This document shows, in pieces, positions 12,898 to 25,682 of a DNA stretch of 64,000 nt (within the stretch, counting starts at the first letter, position 1; each line of letters starts with the position of its first letter). A model generated the notes under the pieces. The model was not told the origin of the DNA and made no database searches. It saw nothing but the letters and a program-made list of their open reading frames with translations. Origin of the DNA: Nageia nagi (Eukaryota > Plantae > Pinophyta). A program made the position numbers and the translations under genes. The stretch spans positions 5,332,001 to 5,396,000 of the forward strand of contig JBITNC010000002.1 of NCBI GenBank assembly GCA_050084985.1. The letters run 5' to 3'.

Positions 12898-15800
12898 TTT
12901 TTCCTAGTGTGGTGATTCGGGAATTGATTCTATCCCAATAAATCGATATAGGTAGGACCCTTAGGGATGCAAGAATGGGGAATAGCGATCTCGATGATTG
13001 ATCTGATTGAAGTGGACCTCTCTCTCCCCTTAAGAACCTAATCAATCAGAAACACCTATTCATTATTATTTAAGCACTTCCCTAAAGAATGGGGACATTA
13101 CAGTCAAGGAATAAGTAACATACATATAACACAATGATAGGGTATTACCAATTCCCTTAAATCCAAAAAATAAAAATAAAACATAATAGTAAAGGATATA
13201 CACCAAATAAAACCTTGTTTACTACTAAAAATGTTGCTTCAATCATTAGTGGCTCATCAACAATAGTATACCAAAACATTCTCCTCATTTCAAATATTAC
13301 ACAATTTCGATGCATATCAATTAAATTTTGACATCATTCCATAACTTATGCTTCTATATGAAAATCACTTTTTTTAAACAATGACAATATATTATTTTAT
13401 AACTTGACCTTAATCAAATGCAAAACAACAAACTCATCTTTTGTTTCCCCCCTCCTCTAAAGTTTACAATTTGTATTATAAGACTAGAAATAATTTAAAA
13501 TAGCTTCTTGATATGAGCTTTTTTAGGAGAGGGATCATCCACACATAACACCATAGTTTCAACTTGGTAGAAGTTATGGATGGATAGACAATACAAATAA
13601 AGGGATGATTAGATCACGAAATGCATTATGAGAATATTTATTGGGAAAACTACCATGGAAACCAAATAATATGCACATATATGGATCTCAAAATCATATA
13701 AATCCTACTAGTATTATTTGTAAACATTACAAAAGAAATTAAGACTCCACCAAGGACACCATTTGTAGCTTAGAAACATGTGTGATCATGATCAATTCTT
13801 ATTATTCTACAACTAGCTTAAACATAACAACAATCTAACATTTGACATCCTTATAAAGAACAACTCCTTCAAACTTAGAGCAACATTGCAAATAATACTA
13901 GCAAGAAGGCAACCACATAAAAAAAAAACCATTTATAATTTTTCATTAGTAGCATCGTTTGCCCTTCCATAATGATTTCTTGTTGATATATTACAAATGT
14001 CTACAAAAAGTGTGTATAGTATAAATCGTAGTAGACTTTAATGCATATATGTTTTTACATATTCAACTAGATTAGCACAAACCCAACAAAATCCATAATA
14101 CCATAATGTGTTTAGAGGAAAACAACATGCTCAATTGTTGACACCCACAAACTCATTTTAAAACCTTATAGATAGTAGATAGATGTCTTTAAGGTCCTTT
14201 TAAACCCATTAATTTGTAGGACTTATGTCCATAAGGAAATATATATTAATTAAGTATTTTAATTAAGTATTTGAATGATTGTTTCTTATATAAAAGAAAA
14301 CATTACATGAACACTCCCAACGATAATTGACCACAATCACTCACACCCACCCAATAAAAGTCAATCATTAAATAAAATTTTAAAACCAAATCAAACACAA
14401 TATAATAATGTTTGTTAAAACCTCCAAACAATAACTAGCAATACACCTAAAATTCATGATAGTTGTTCTTAAAATTTTTTTATATAAAATACTCCACAAT
14501 TGTTTCTTCTAACATTTTACAAAAAATATAATGATATTAAAAACTAGAAATAAATGCTTGGCTCTTTTGCATTTACTTGTAGTTGCTTATAATGAAATTA
14601 TGTTTATCCTTGCCAATAAAAACAAAAATTAAGCAATCGTTGATGGTTTGAATCTAGCTAAGAGGTGGGAGGATACTCCTTTTTCTTGGTCAGACTCTCA
14701 CTTTGATGCTCACACTGCTCTTTCAATCTTGAAGCAAAAAGTTTTTGATATTCAACTACCTCTTGACCTTAGCAATCAGTTTCTTCTTCTTTCCTATTCT
14801 TACTCACTTCCTTTGTGTTAAAAATGCTACAAATCATGTTCTCTGTCATATGTCAACAAACTAGCATTTCATGGAGAATTTCTCTATGAACATATATCAA
14901 CAAACTAACATATCATGGAGAATTCCTCTATCCCTCTAGCACAAAGGAATGAACTCACACTTCCTGAACTAGTGACTCATCAATAAGGTGATAAAAATAA
15001 ATTTGTTATAATTAAGATGGCCTACATGATTTTTTCATCACCTTCTCTATACATCTTTTAACACAACCATTCATAATAGTGCTTGCTTTTAAGTATTATG
15101 TTGTAATTGGCAAGCAATTAGAAACGAGAAACTTAGCAAAACACATCAACAACATGATTGAAATTATTTCTCGTTCCCTCTTTAACACATCTTCCCTGTA
15201 TCCACATAATCTATGTACTTATCATGAAATCTCATGAGTTAGTATTACTTGTTATAAATCATTTAATTAAGATTACTGCCTTCTACCTTCTGTATCTCAT
15301 GGAAGAATATGCCATTTACTTCTTCCAACTTCCATAGGATCTCATTTCATATGATACATACTGATAATCTACTATAATATCTGTAGTAAGACAAACATTT
15401 GAGCAGTTTTCAATATTTAAGTGGAAAGAGCAGGACTGATATTTATAACAGACATATCATATCCATTTTTATCTGTTATAACAAATATGTCATATCAATT
15501 TTAAGTTTAAAGACAATATTTTCATTAATGTAAGAGCTCTTTTCAAGTATAAAATATCGACAATGGTGATGCACTGGGTCTATTTTTCTCAATGTTCTTT
15601 TTAAGATATCGAGTGTCAGTAATATCTAACCATGCTGACATATATGGTGACCATATAAAGTACAACTAAACTTTTGAGCAATTATTCTTTTAAAGTGAAA
15701 TGTTTTGAAGGATGATATATTGGTTCTGGTTTTGTTTGAACACTCTTTTCAAACCTTGGTACGTCTAAAGTGCACAACCATGTTGGCATATATACTACCA

Positions 15801-16139
15801 TACCTTGAGAATGACTAAGCTTGCAGCAGTTATAGTTGAGCTTTCAATATTCCTCTTGCCGTGAAAAGATGAATAGTAGTTCATTATTTCAGCTGTGTTG
15901 TTTTTTTCCACTTTCAACGGATCACCAACTCCCCAAATGCTCAAAAAACAATATAGCAAAATCATCTCAATATTATGCAATTTGTATGGTTTCACAGAAC
16001 TTTAAAAAGCTCAAGGTAATGATGTACATCCAAATGATACACTTCAACTATCGGAAAATTTATTAGGCATACACCCCATCACAATTTTTTATTTTGGTCT
16101 TTTAGACTATTTAGCTTGTAACCTTATTCACGCGTAACT

Positions 16140-16662
16140 TTCTACTAGCTCCAATTTTCTCACGACACAAGAATAACAGCTAGCTCACTCATGTTTTTAA
16201 CCTAAAAAGAATAACATAAGATGAAAGCATAAAAGTGATAGAGCTAAAAGTTGAAACCCAGATTTAGAGAATGTTATATTCAACAAAGAATAAGCTCTTT
16301 GGAGCTAGTCTTCCATTTGGAAAGTTTGTCCAACCTTCTGAATGCATCGGGTATTATTACGCACTATGTAAACCAAGGCCTTTCTTCCATTTATAACAAT
16401 ATTTATGCATGTCTTTGTACTAGCATCAATTTTCACACAACACAGGAACAGTTAACTCAAGTTTTTCACCTAAAAAGAATAACGTAAAATAAAATGATAA
16501 AAATGATAGTGCTAAAGGTGGAAACCCAACTTTAGAGAATGTTATATTCAACAAACAATATGCTTTTTTGAAGCAGTCTTCTATTTGGAAACTTTGTCCA
16601 ACCCTATAACTGCATAGGGTATTATTATGCACTATGTCAACCGAGACATTTCCTCCATTTAT
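16140..16662. repeat. Diverged tandem duplication, ~268-bp period
   Basis: CCTAAAAAGAATAAC..TTTAGAGAATGTTATATTCAACAAA..TTTGTCCAACC occurs at 16201 and again at 16469. Confidence 0.85.
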
Positions 16663-17677
16663 TAGAATTGCCAATGCCAGGTCCCTTATACCAGGACAAC
16701 ACAAAAAACAATAATTTGTTGCAAACATGAAGTGATAATCAAAAAACAAAACCCAAATCTTCGCAAGTGTTTACAAAAAGCTAATTGCATATTATTGAAT
16801 TGCATTAATCAATTGGTTGAAAATTAATGGCTCAAGACAGGCTGTGAGAACATCCACTCAAACCTCAGTATTCAGTATACATAATTATCCGCAGAAAATG
16901 TTTCCTCTCCCAACAAATAAAAATGCCTAGGAAATGGTAAATGAACCATTTCCTTGCACTGAATGACTCCTGTCGGCCAGAATCAAGGTTCTGAAATTCC
17001 ATCTGCCAATAGAACATTTAATATGATTATATGTTGGCATCATACGAACTATAAAAGAACTTTCAAACAAGTTTGAAAAACTATCGTGAATCGTGAACCT
17101 CAAATGACAAAAACATGTAAACCCGGGCAACACCATATGTAGAACAAAAACATCTAAGTGATTGTCAAATGACAAGAAATTAGTGTAAGGTATACACACG
17201 GGAACAACATAATAGAGTAGTGAACAGTGATAACCATGATCTGAATATTGGTGTAAGCTCCAGTATTCTCAAATTTTTAGATCGCAAGTTATGTAGAATA
17301 TGATTCTAGCCTGTTATTTGTACTTGAAGGAAAACATTTCAAACAAAAAAACATTAAATGTGAAACAATTTGCAAACAACATACTAGAAGTAACTGAGTC
17401 CTCACCAAACATGTATTTATAAATAAGCAAAATGGCAGGATTGCTACGGTGCCATAGTACATCTGTAAGACCTCAACTAGAACCACAGAAATGGCTTCTT
17501 GCCCACCACTACCAATCAGGGACAATTTATTCCTCCCTATTTTAAGTCCATTAACATCTACTCATCACTTGAACACAGGCTTTCTTGTTTTGCTTCCACC
17601 AGATCAGAGGATGAATAGCAGGGAAAGACAAAGAGTAGCTAGGCACTACCAACTGAAAAGTTAAGTATATTGTATAT

Positions 17678-18569
17678 TGTAATGACCCTTCCAGACATCC
17701 CCATTCATTTAATGCATATTAATGATGGATCTGGTCAAGCTGGCGTGGGACATTCCCCTTGTGGGAGTAAATAGGTGTATTTTTATTATAAATAGCTGTT
17801 TTAAAATAATAATGAGGCATCATTAAATGTCTTCGGTATTAGTTAATGTTTTCAGCACAATGTTTGAGATCTCGAGGAGGAACTAGAAGACCCTAGAAGG
17901 GACACCCAACTATTTATAGGTGGTACATCCCAATAGGAAGGGAGATTTGGATATTGCATTCTGACTTCATTTGGAGAGAGTGACTGGATCAGCATGTTTC
18001 CCATCTTCTGTGGACGAAACCCTACAGAAGCAAAACCTAGAGGATGAAAACCCTCTTGGATCTGAGAGCTTAAGGATGAAATCCCTTGAGTTCTCCATTG
18101 GTGGATTCACATTGAGCTTACAGTTGAAGATTTGGATATTTTTGCTTTCAGTTTGGAGGGTTTGAGATTCCATAGTCACGCATTCAGCATTGGGAACGTA
18201 GATTTCAGGCATCCCAGCCTTGCCCAAACTCAGACACCCAACAGTAGTGAGGATTAAAGAGCAGATCTTGTGTACCAAAAACCAAAATTGTGCCTCCTTA
18301 AGCCAGACATCCGGCCTCTTGGCTGATTTGTTTGTATTTTGAGGAATTTCTGGTGCATACCTTCTGGTTTTCCCTGATCTAAGTTGCAATGAAATTTATA
18401 AATCGATAAAGCTTGATGTTTTGTTGGATCTGCACTTTTGTGTGCAAAATATCTAGGGTTTGCTTGGATCTGCATTTCTTTTCAATATTATTTCAAATCT
18501 GCAATTTAGAGCTTGAATTTGAGTAGATCTGTATACCTAGGGTTTGTATTTCAGTTTGGGTTCATTACA
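17678..18569 (+). mobile_element. Solo LTR (892 bp)
   Basis: TGTAATGA...TCATTACA inverted termini; perfect 5-bp TSD TATAT (17673-17677, 18570-18574). Orientation is inferred from the AT-rich promoter region near 17910 and the T-rich 3' part. Confidence 0.9.
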
Positions 18570-18792
18570 TATATTCCCTAGACAGTAGCAGATCTTGTAT
18601 AAAAACTAAAACCAAGATGTTATCTACAGTCTATTAGGTCACATCACCAATAGTAGAAAACATGCCTCCCTGTTGCCTATTACCAAATCAGGTAATAATC
18701 AAAGGGCTACACATAATCTAGCTGGCCACTACCATACCAAGAGCTACAAATACCTTCCAACATGTAGCAGAAGCTGTTGCATAATAACAAGG

Positions 18793-19056
18793 GCACCAAG
18801 GTTGTTAAGAACTGATAAAAAAATGTAAGTGGTGGAAGACAAAACAATAGCACCTAATGCATAGCATCAGTTGGAGGCTCCTTAAACCTCAACCTACCAA
18901 CTGGATGCACAAAAACATGACGAAAGCACCAAGGTTGCCAAGAACTTACATTAAAAACATATGTGATAGAAGACGAAACAATGACATCTCATGCCCAGCA
19001 TGACTTCGAGATTCCTTAAACCTCCAATCCACCAATTGGATGCACAAAAAGATGAC
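18793..19056. repeat. Diverged tandem duplication, ~133-bp period
   Basis: GCACCAAGGTTG..AAGAACT..TCCTTAAACCTC..TGGATGCACAAAAA at 18793 and 18926. Confidence 0.8.
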
Positions 19057-22000
19057 CATCACATCCAACTAACCCACTGAAGAGAGGAATGGACTGAAGG
19101 TAAGTTCCATCCCAATGATTTTAGATTGTACCTCCTATCAGTGAATCTTATGAAGCCACTGCTTATTCAAAATCTACTGACAGGATCATAACCTACTTAA
19201 TGCCACTGCCTGCAATTCTGCTGATGGTTCGGCAACAATGGAAACAAAAGGAAAACTCACATCTGAGGCTCAAACAAAAATAACTGTAACCTACCCCGCC
19301 TCTTCCTTTGCAACGACTCTCCTCAGCGTTTCAAATCCCAAATCTGTAAAGCAGATGAGAAAGCCTTGCAGAAGATAATGCAGCAATGAACTGAGCGTGT
19401 ATAGGAAGACCACTACATATCCAATAAATGCACTCTAGATTCTGGTGCAAGATGTCATCTCTGTAGTTTATAATATAACCGATAGATGTGGAATAAAGTT
19501 AATTCGATTGGTTGTACTTTTTTCTATGGAGTTTTGATACAGGCAAATCTTCATTTTCAATTTTTACTGTCTCATCCGATAGGCCCCACTCGACTTTCCT
19601 TTGGACTCTTGCAAACACACTATCAGGGTCAAAGGGATCAAAAAGATCCATAGATTGTTTTTGTAGTTCTATGGTCACAAATCAATCATTTATGATCATC
19701 AGTCATATATTTATACCTTCAGCCAAGTGGTCACCTAACAGCCTATCTATAGCATAATTACTCTTCGCATTCTTGTAAATAACCACCAAACTCAAATTAG
19801 GTGATAACACAAGTACATTTCACAAATATTAAACAATTATCCTATAAATGTAACCCATCTATATGCCTAAATCTGTCCATTTTGTAAACATTTTCTAATT
19901 CTCTTCAGGTTGTTTCTTCTTTGTTGTTCACCAGATATATTTGGATCCAGATCAAGTTTCCAATCCTAGGCAGGCTTTTTCTACATAATTATACATGCAA
20001 ATATGTATGGCTGCTTGATTTTCTGCAATTTAGTTTCTAAATTTCTGTCTACTGTCAGTTGTCTAGCTCTAAAAAACATTAGCATGGACAAAATTGTGAA
20101 CTTCATTGCTTTTGTTTCTGTTAAAGTGAGGAATATTTGGTGAATCATGTGTTCTTGGGCAATGGGCCTATTATAGATCATGGACATGCCTGCCTCAATC
20201 TTGCCTGGCGTGTATTGGGAAATAATAAAATATAAATATATAACACGTAAAAGTCAACACATTTAAACTGTAGTGTATCTTTCATGTTTCCAAATTCCGA
20301 TATAGTTTGCCAAGTTTAGAGGCAGAAGTTTCCAACTTCGAAGGTGGTACCACCCTCTAGCATTTTATAATGTCAAATCAATGCATGGACTTTGCCTTTG
20401 ACTAGCTTTCTATGGCCAATGTTTCTTGCATCATCACTAGTGCAAATTATTTTAGCAACACCAAACTCATGGCTTTCACCCTTAGTCAACTCACAGTTTG
20501 TTCCCACTAGTTACAAATGGAGACAGATCATCCTATTCCTTAAAATGATAGGATCTATCACCTTTGCACTTTTCATAAGGTCGAGACTAATAAAATTTCA
20601 TATCTAGATGCTTTATATATTACAAGAACCTATGTAGGGCCTATTTTATTTAGAGATATAGCAGGGTTGCTGCGTTTTTCTAATATCTTGAACAAAAAAG
20701 TATAGCATTGTACCTTCAGCAGCAATTATTCTCAGGCAATGAACAATGGAAAAAGCCTCAAGAACCACAAGGCCAATCACATCCTTTCATTCTATTACCA
20801 TTGTCAAGGGGACAAAGCATCCTTTGATAATATTATTACCCAAGCCGATAATGATACATCTGTGGGACTATGTCCTCCTTCCTAATATGTTAGTATAACC
20901 TCTACAACCTCTCTCTTAGTAACAAAGAGGGAGAGACCCATTACAATTGCACATCGTAAGCCATATTATTCTTCTCGTGCACAGGGTAGACCATCTAGGA
21001 AACACCATATGAAATTAATCTTTTTTCTAAAGGCCATGGATTGCAGAGAATTATTGAGAAGCCACTATTTGTGCTCTGATGAAGGTCCACCCAGGCCCAC
21101 TCAGTCTTAGACATTCTCCTCGAAGCATCATCGGATTATGTTAAAGTTTTTGAGGTGATATACATGGATTACAATTCTTCTTTATTCAATGTTCCACTAT
21201 TGATTAGCAATTCAGCATTGATGATATTTGTGCTATTAATGTTGCTGATGCTCAATGCTACTCAAAGACAAACTTTTGTCTTATGTTGTAGTTTGGTTAA
21301 TTTTTTTTAATTTGCTCTCAGTGTCCCTTTCATGCTCATACTGGGATTGCATCGAATGACAGTATATCGGTGATGCTGTTCTATCAATATTGATGATGCT
21401 CCAGATGTCTTTAGTCCCATTGACGTCTCCTGGTCATCGATGGAAGTTGACAAATTTCTAATTGCATTTACCTCAACTACCACAAATATTTAGCAAATTA
21501 TCTTTTACATTACATAGGCGTTCAGGTAGTGCTTACATTTATCGAGTCCTAAGCCTCATGTTCACTGCAACTCTTACCGTGAACTAACCAAAATAATTCA
21601 ACATATCTTTTGCCCATTCATGTGTCATCTAAGACTTTCCCATAAGCACATCAATCACATTATATCAACCCTCAATGATAACATATTCTACTGCAACTAA
21701 CAATGTATTACTAAATGCTTAAAATGGTCTGCCTGAGTGCATAAATGAGTAGCAACAAATATTTAAAACTGCAAATCTCATAAACAAGCAGCATTGATAG
21801 CTCTATTATGTTTTTGCAAATACAGAATCAGGGAAATGCTCAAAGCTTCCTCATTTAATGTATTTTTTTATTTAATTTGCATATGTACTTTTTCCTATCA
21901 TTTTTTCTCGTCTTGAATAATGTCTTTACCTGATCATAAAATAGCAATTTATGGCAACAATTGCAAACAGAGAAAACATGCATGCATGAATAGCACCAAT

Positions 22001-22333
22001 ACATTCCACTAAACATATAGATATAAAGCAACAGTAATTGCTTCCTTTAGAAGGAAGATATTTTGACAATATTCATCTCAATAACATAAAGCTTCGTGGA
22101 CATATTTATGGGTTCCTTTGGAAAAGACTTGGATTCATTCAAAAACATTGGTACAACTTTCACAAAGATTGGAATTCAGCCATGCAACTATTTCAAAGAG
22201 CTTTGCTATTTGATAAAAGTAATTTTGTCCTCAAGTAGATCATAAAATTATTCAATGAATTGCCCACCAAAACAGGAAAAATAATAGAAATACTCACCTT
22301 AACGCATAACAAAATGTTGGCTCCTACAGAAAA

Positions 22334-22422
22334 TCAAGGGTTGAAGAAGTTTGAACCATCCAAGCTTATGGCCACCAATACACCAATACCAGTAACAAGA
22401 GCAAGCCAAAAGATCACTGATC
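22334..22422 (-). CDS. NTMC2T5: NTMC2T5-like (SMP/C2 domain, tricalbin-3-like) last coding exon with C-terminal TM helix
   Basis: cag|GA then SVIFWLALVTGIGVLVAISLDGSNFFNP-TGA, matching the family C-terminus (..GSSFFNP). Phase 1 agrees with the upstream donor at 36599. Confidence 0.92.
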
Positions 22423-22837
22423 CTGCTAAGAATGTGATTATTTACATTGTGTTCATTTAAAATTTACATGCTAGATGCAAATGAAAACATTACACATAAA
22501 CTACCAATCAACTGTTCCAATTGCTTGCAAATTTAAATCATTTGATAAGAAGAGTGAGACTTGATTCTTTCAGGAACAGAAAATTATACAGAGATCTCTT
22601 GCCAATGTAAAAGGCAACAAATCGTAAAGACAAGTTCCTGTAAAATCCACAGTCTAGTATGCAATACACCCATATTTATGTCTGGTGTTATATAACGTTT
22701 TTAGCAGTTAAGTTACTATACCTACTAGGCTACTACACAACAGTCTATCTTGACCACATGCTAGCATAAGTTTCCAATTTCTGCAACAATATAGCTTAAG
22801 AAGGCCATAAAATATTTCACACATCAGAATAGAACTG

Positions 22838-23133
22838 TTCTGATTTATATACATGAGCAAGCCTTTAGTAAAAAACCGTATAGATAGTGGAAAAATGTAT
22901 TAAAATACAGAATCACATTCCAGCTGTAACAAATTCATCGTCATTATTTTCTAAATTGACCTAAAGGTTTTTCATATACTCTCTATTCTGATTAAAACAC
23001 ATGAGCATGACTTTCATAAAAAACCATACAGAGTGGAAAAATGGATTAAAATACAGAATCATATTCCAGCTGTAACATATTCATCAAGACATTGTTTTCT
23101 AAATTGGCCTAAAAGTTCTTCATATAGTCTCTG
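22838..23133. repeat. Tandem duplication, ~148-bp period (intronic)
   Basis: TCTGATT..ACATGAGCA..GTGGAAAAATG.ATTAAAATACAGAATCA.ATTCCAGCTGTAACA occurs twice. Confidence 0.85.
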
Positions 23134-25187
23134 AATACCAATGAATGTGTATAAGATCCAAATACAGTAAAGGATGGCTAAGAATAACTGTTGAAATAAG
23201 CTACAAAATCCCGACACATAATTTGTTGCCCTAAAGCATCAATTTGAGAACTGTATTATGACTACCACTGAAATTATCAAGGCCATTCTCAAACGATTCC
23301 ATTTGAAATTCCTCATCCCCATCCATGGCTCCAACTTACTCTGTCACGACTGTCCTCAATTTTCAATGAAGGCTAGTCTAGCCTCATCTTGCTGCAAATA
23401 TAAATTAGCAGACAAATCTGTTGCCACACCTTAATGGTTCAACATCAGAACCACTCCAACTTGACAATAAAACAAACATAGTAACGAAATGGATCAACAA
23501 AGGATTCATACATAATTGAGATAATGTGAAGCACTAACCTCTTATGGGAAGCATCAGAACAAATCATTGACAAAATTATATATGTAACTTTGGGGAAAAA
23601 ACTTTATAATCAAATTAAAAAAAAATACATTTTAAGTGACACTGTGATTCTTTATCAGGATACAAATTTTATTGCATGATCTTCCGCATGCATCTTGGGT
23701 GTGATGGATGCACATCCACATAGTCATTATGAAGATAAGATAATTCATTGATAAGAATTGTTATTACAATCAACAAGAAGATTAGGTATGACAGACAACA
23801 TTTCTGCCACAGGTCAATTTGTAGTATTGTGTTGTGCTCAAACACAACACGCCCCAACAATTTTGCTAAAGTCATGATCATCGAGAAGCCAGAGTCTCAT
23901 CTCATCTTGCCACAACCACTCGTTACCCCATCATGAGCTAGTGTTGTATATCCTTTTTAATCATAATCACAGTGAACTCAAGAGTAAAGATGTCAAAAGT
24001 TGAGTAAGTCTGGTACATATGGGAAGCCCAAGTCTAGAAAACAAGGCAAGATGGAGAGTCTGAGCCCAAAATTAACAAAATTTGGCTAAGTCCATGACTT
24101 TTTCATAGGTACTCCAAGGAGAAACATCCCAAATTGAGGCGCAGGTTCAAAAAGACACAATCTTGACTTTTCTAGAAGTGCGTCCAACTTGGGGCAACTT
24201 CAAGACCGGGCAAAGATGAAAAATAACTCAAGTGATGTTAAATTCAACTTGAAGGAAGATAAGGAGGTAGCGCATGATTAAAAAAGATAAAATCGTGACT
24301 TTTCAAAACATGCACCTAGTTAGGAGGAGCCTCAGCATGGAGTGAAGAAGGTTAAAATGCAAAGTTACAACCTCCGAAAGGAATCTCTAGTCAAATGAAG
24401 GGCTAAAGGGCTGAGCACATGATTTCAAAAATTATAATTACGACTTTTTGAAACTTGCACCTAAGATAGGGAGACATGACGACCAAGCACATCACAGAAA
24501 ATGACAATATGATGACTTTTGGGAGCATGCGCTGGGTTAGGATGACGTTCCAGGTGATTTTGAGATAAAAATTTGGCTAAGACAAGGACCTATGAGCATC
24601 AAGAAGGGCTTAAAGACATAGAAGAAGCCCAACACATGGATAAAAAAAAGAAAGTCATCACTTTCCAAAGCATGCGCCTTGCTTGAGAGTGAAGATGTGA
24701 CTAAGGTATGATCCTGAAAGCATCCAAACGAGCTCAGGAAGACACAAGGAAGAAAGTGCATGACCAAAAAAGTCATAATCATGACTTTTGAAAGTATGTG
24801 GCTGGCTTAGAAGGGCTCCTAGACGAACATAAAGGTGAAAATATGACTTTTTGGGGCATGCGCTCAAGATAGTAGAGCTTCAAGAAGGTGCTAAAGTGCA
24901 AAAGTGACTAAGTGTTGGACCCGAGACTCCATGATTAAACTCAAAACGGCCCAAACCATCAAGTGCATACCTCCAAAAGACCAAATCTTGTCTTCTAAAA
25001 ACCAGCGCTCAACAAGAAAGGACACTTGGGTCAAACGCATGATTTCAAAAGTCATAATTATGACTTTTTAAAACTTGCGCTCAAGGTGAGAGGGCATCAA
25101 GATCGAATGCTTGAAGTTTTGGAGGGGCATTTCAAAGGCACACGCATTTCCAAGTCAGCCACCATGTTAAATGCACCTCTTTTTCGG

Positions 25188-25265
25188 CCAATCCTAGCCG
25201 ACCAGGAACAAATGAAGCCCTAATTTTGCCTATAAAAAAAAGAGCCCACCTTCATTTTCACATCA
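25188..25265 (+). promoter_or_regulatory. Putative LTR core promoter (CCAAT, TATA, pyrimidine-rich initiator)
   Basis: GGCCAATC 25186-25193, CCTATAAAA 25229-25237, TTCACATCAC ~25257. Confidence 0.5.
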
Positions 25266-25310
25266 CAAATTTGTTCTCTCTCCAAATTCACTAGGGCACT
25301 AAAGATCAAA

Positions 25311-25682
25311 ATGGCAAGGGCAAGCTTTGAAATGAAAGGGAAGAAAATCAAGCTTGAGAAGGTGCTGACTACCAATGGTGTCTCATCAAAGAAGAAGTTC
25401 AACATTAACCTAGCAGCTATGATTAGAGCACCCCATAAAGACCCTAGTCAAAGGGTAAAGGATGAGTCCACCGAAACTCACTATGTAAGCAAATTCATCT
25501 TCAAAGTCGATAATACATTCTATGTCACTAATGTCTTCCTGAACAAGGATCCGAAGAAATTGCAAGACCTGGAGGCTCATACTCAGAAGATGGAGATAGG
25601 TCAGGTTAGGTCCACTGGAGCAGAGTGGATCAAAGAAATCATAAGGATTGTACAAGAACTAGAGGAGACCCAGAGGATGTAG
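25311..25682 (+). CDS. Unknown 123-aa ORF inside the LTR-like element
   Basis: Open frame with aaaATGGCA start context about 75 bp after the TATA box; protein-like composition; no family recognised. Confidence 0.35.
   Translation: MARASFEMKGKKIKLEKVLTTNGVSSKKKFNINLAAMIRAPHKDPSQRVKDESTETHYVSKFIFKVDNTFYVTNVFLNKDPKKLQDLEAHTQKMEIGQVRSTGAEWIKEIIRIVQELEETQRM

Noticed and set aside
17967-18475. ORFs of 140, 64 and 73 aa
   Set aside because: They lie inside a TSD-flanked solo LTR and have no domain signature or convincing promoter and start arrangement.
21076-21125. CTGATGA followed by a short stem, hammerhead-ribozyme-like
   Set aside because: No GAAA after stem II and no convincing stems I or III.
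24090-25085. Repeat-spacer-like pattern resembling CRISPR
   Set aside because: Eukaryotic LTR context, irregular spacing, degenerate repeats and no cas genes.
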